A stretch of 64,000 nucleotides of DNA, taken from assembly GCF_001194135.2 (NCBI RefSeq), contig NC_068993.1, positions 47,767,234 to 47,831,233 of the forward strand. The letters run 5' to 3'. The position numbers and the translations under genes were made by a program. This DNA is from Octopus bimaculoides (lineage: Eukaryota). Shown here piece by piece: positions 63,354-64,000 of the stretch. Under the pieces are notes generated by a model that saw nothing but the letters and a program-made list of their open reading frames with translations, did no database searches and was not told the origin of the DNA. Each line of letters opens with the position of its first letter. Position 1 is the first letter of the stretch.

Positions 63354-63768
63354 CAAAGTAGCTAGTTCTAAAATCTATGCACGGGAAGCAAGTAGTAAGT
63401 CTACTGAAATGTAACGGTTCAATACGAAACATTGTTACTACTCTTTTCAACCCCATAAGGACATCTCCTTCAGCTGGTTAACGACACACTATTTGTGTCC
63501 ATTATATTACAAACGAGGGAGCAAACAGCTCCCAGCTCGCACTGACAGGAATCAATAAACCAGCTGGTTTCTGAGTATAACTCTTCGTCGGTATTGTTTA
63601 TACTTGTCTGCTAGACATGTCAGGTGTTCGTCATAGTTCGACCTGGCGTTAAAAAGAGTAGCAACAGTGTTTCGTATGGAACAACCACGTTCAGTTGGTA
63701 ACAACCGTTAGATTTCGGTAGAGTTTCTACTTGTATCTCGTATAGATCTTTTAGAACTAGCTACTTTG
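63354..63768. mobile_element. MITE-like element with long imperfect terminal inverted repeats
   Basis: Perfect 20-bp outer TIR CAAAGTAGCTAGTTCTAAAA / TTTTAGAACTAGCTACTTTG. The inverted similarity extends about 100 bp (63354-63450 versus 63647-63768) around a core of about 200 bp. Confidence 0.8.
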
Positions 63769-64000
63769 CTTGCTGTAAGATCAGCGGTTGTGCATCGCTT
63801 TTTATTTAGATATTGTAAACATTTCATTGTGGACTACAACGGTGATTGTGAGCCCATCTTCGAGGCAATGTTCGAGAATAGACGCTTTGCCTTCCCCTCA
63901 CGAAAAAAAAAGTTAGCATTTTTGTTATTGGCTTTGTTGTTGCAGAAGCCAAATAAGCGTTGTCAAATCGTCACACGATTGCATTTATGGTATTCGGTAA

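Overview
AT-rich eukaryotic intergenic or intronic DNA, very rich in microsatellites, with 17 N-gaps (about 5.7 kb in total), most of them flanked by simple repeats. The repeat families look like those of an octopus genome; this is inferred from memory of cephalopod SINEs, not from a search. I could not support any intact host protein-coding gene. Most ORFs in the supplied track are translations of microsatellites or gaps. Hand translation shows many decayed mobile elements: three tRNA-headed SINE families (one in head-to-tail multimers), two different Penelope-like (PLE) GIY-YIG endonuclease remnants, hammerhead-like motifs, R4/Dong-type RLE retrotransposon pieces next to (TAA)n tracts, a Helitron PIF1 helicase remnant, a Helentron/HINE-like end, four Tc1/mariner transposase remnants and several MITEs. 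The most interesting structure is at 26.1-26.8 kb (minus strand). There a PLE endonuclease fragment with a codon-exact 5' inversion runs into a tRNA-like Pol III promoter, an (AAT)n spacer and a hammerhead-like motif. Other highlights are a 113-bp-arm near-perfect foldback (58.2-58.5 kb) and a stand-alone tRNA-like unit between diverged direct repeats (40.6-41.0 kb).
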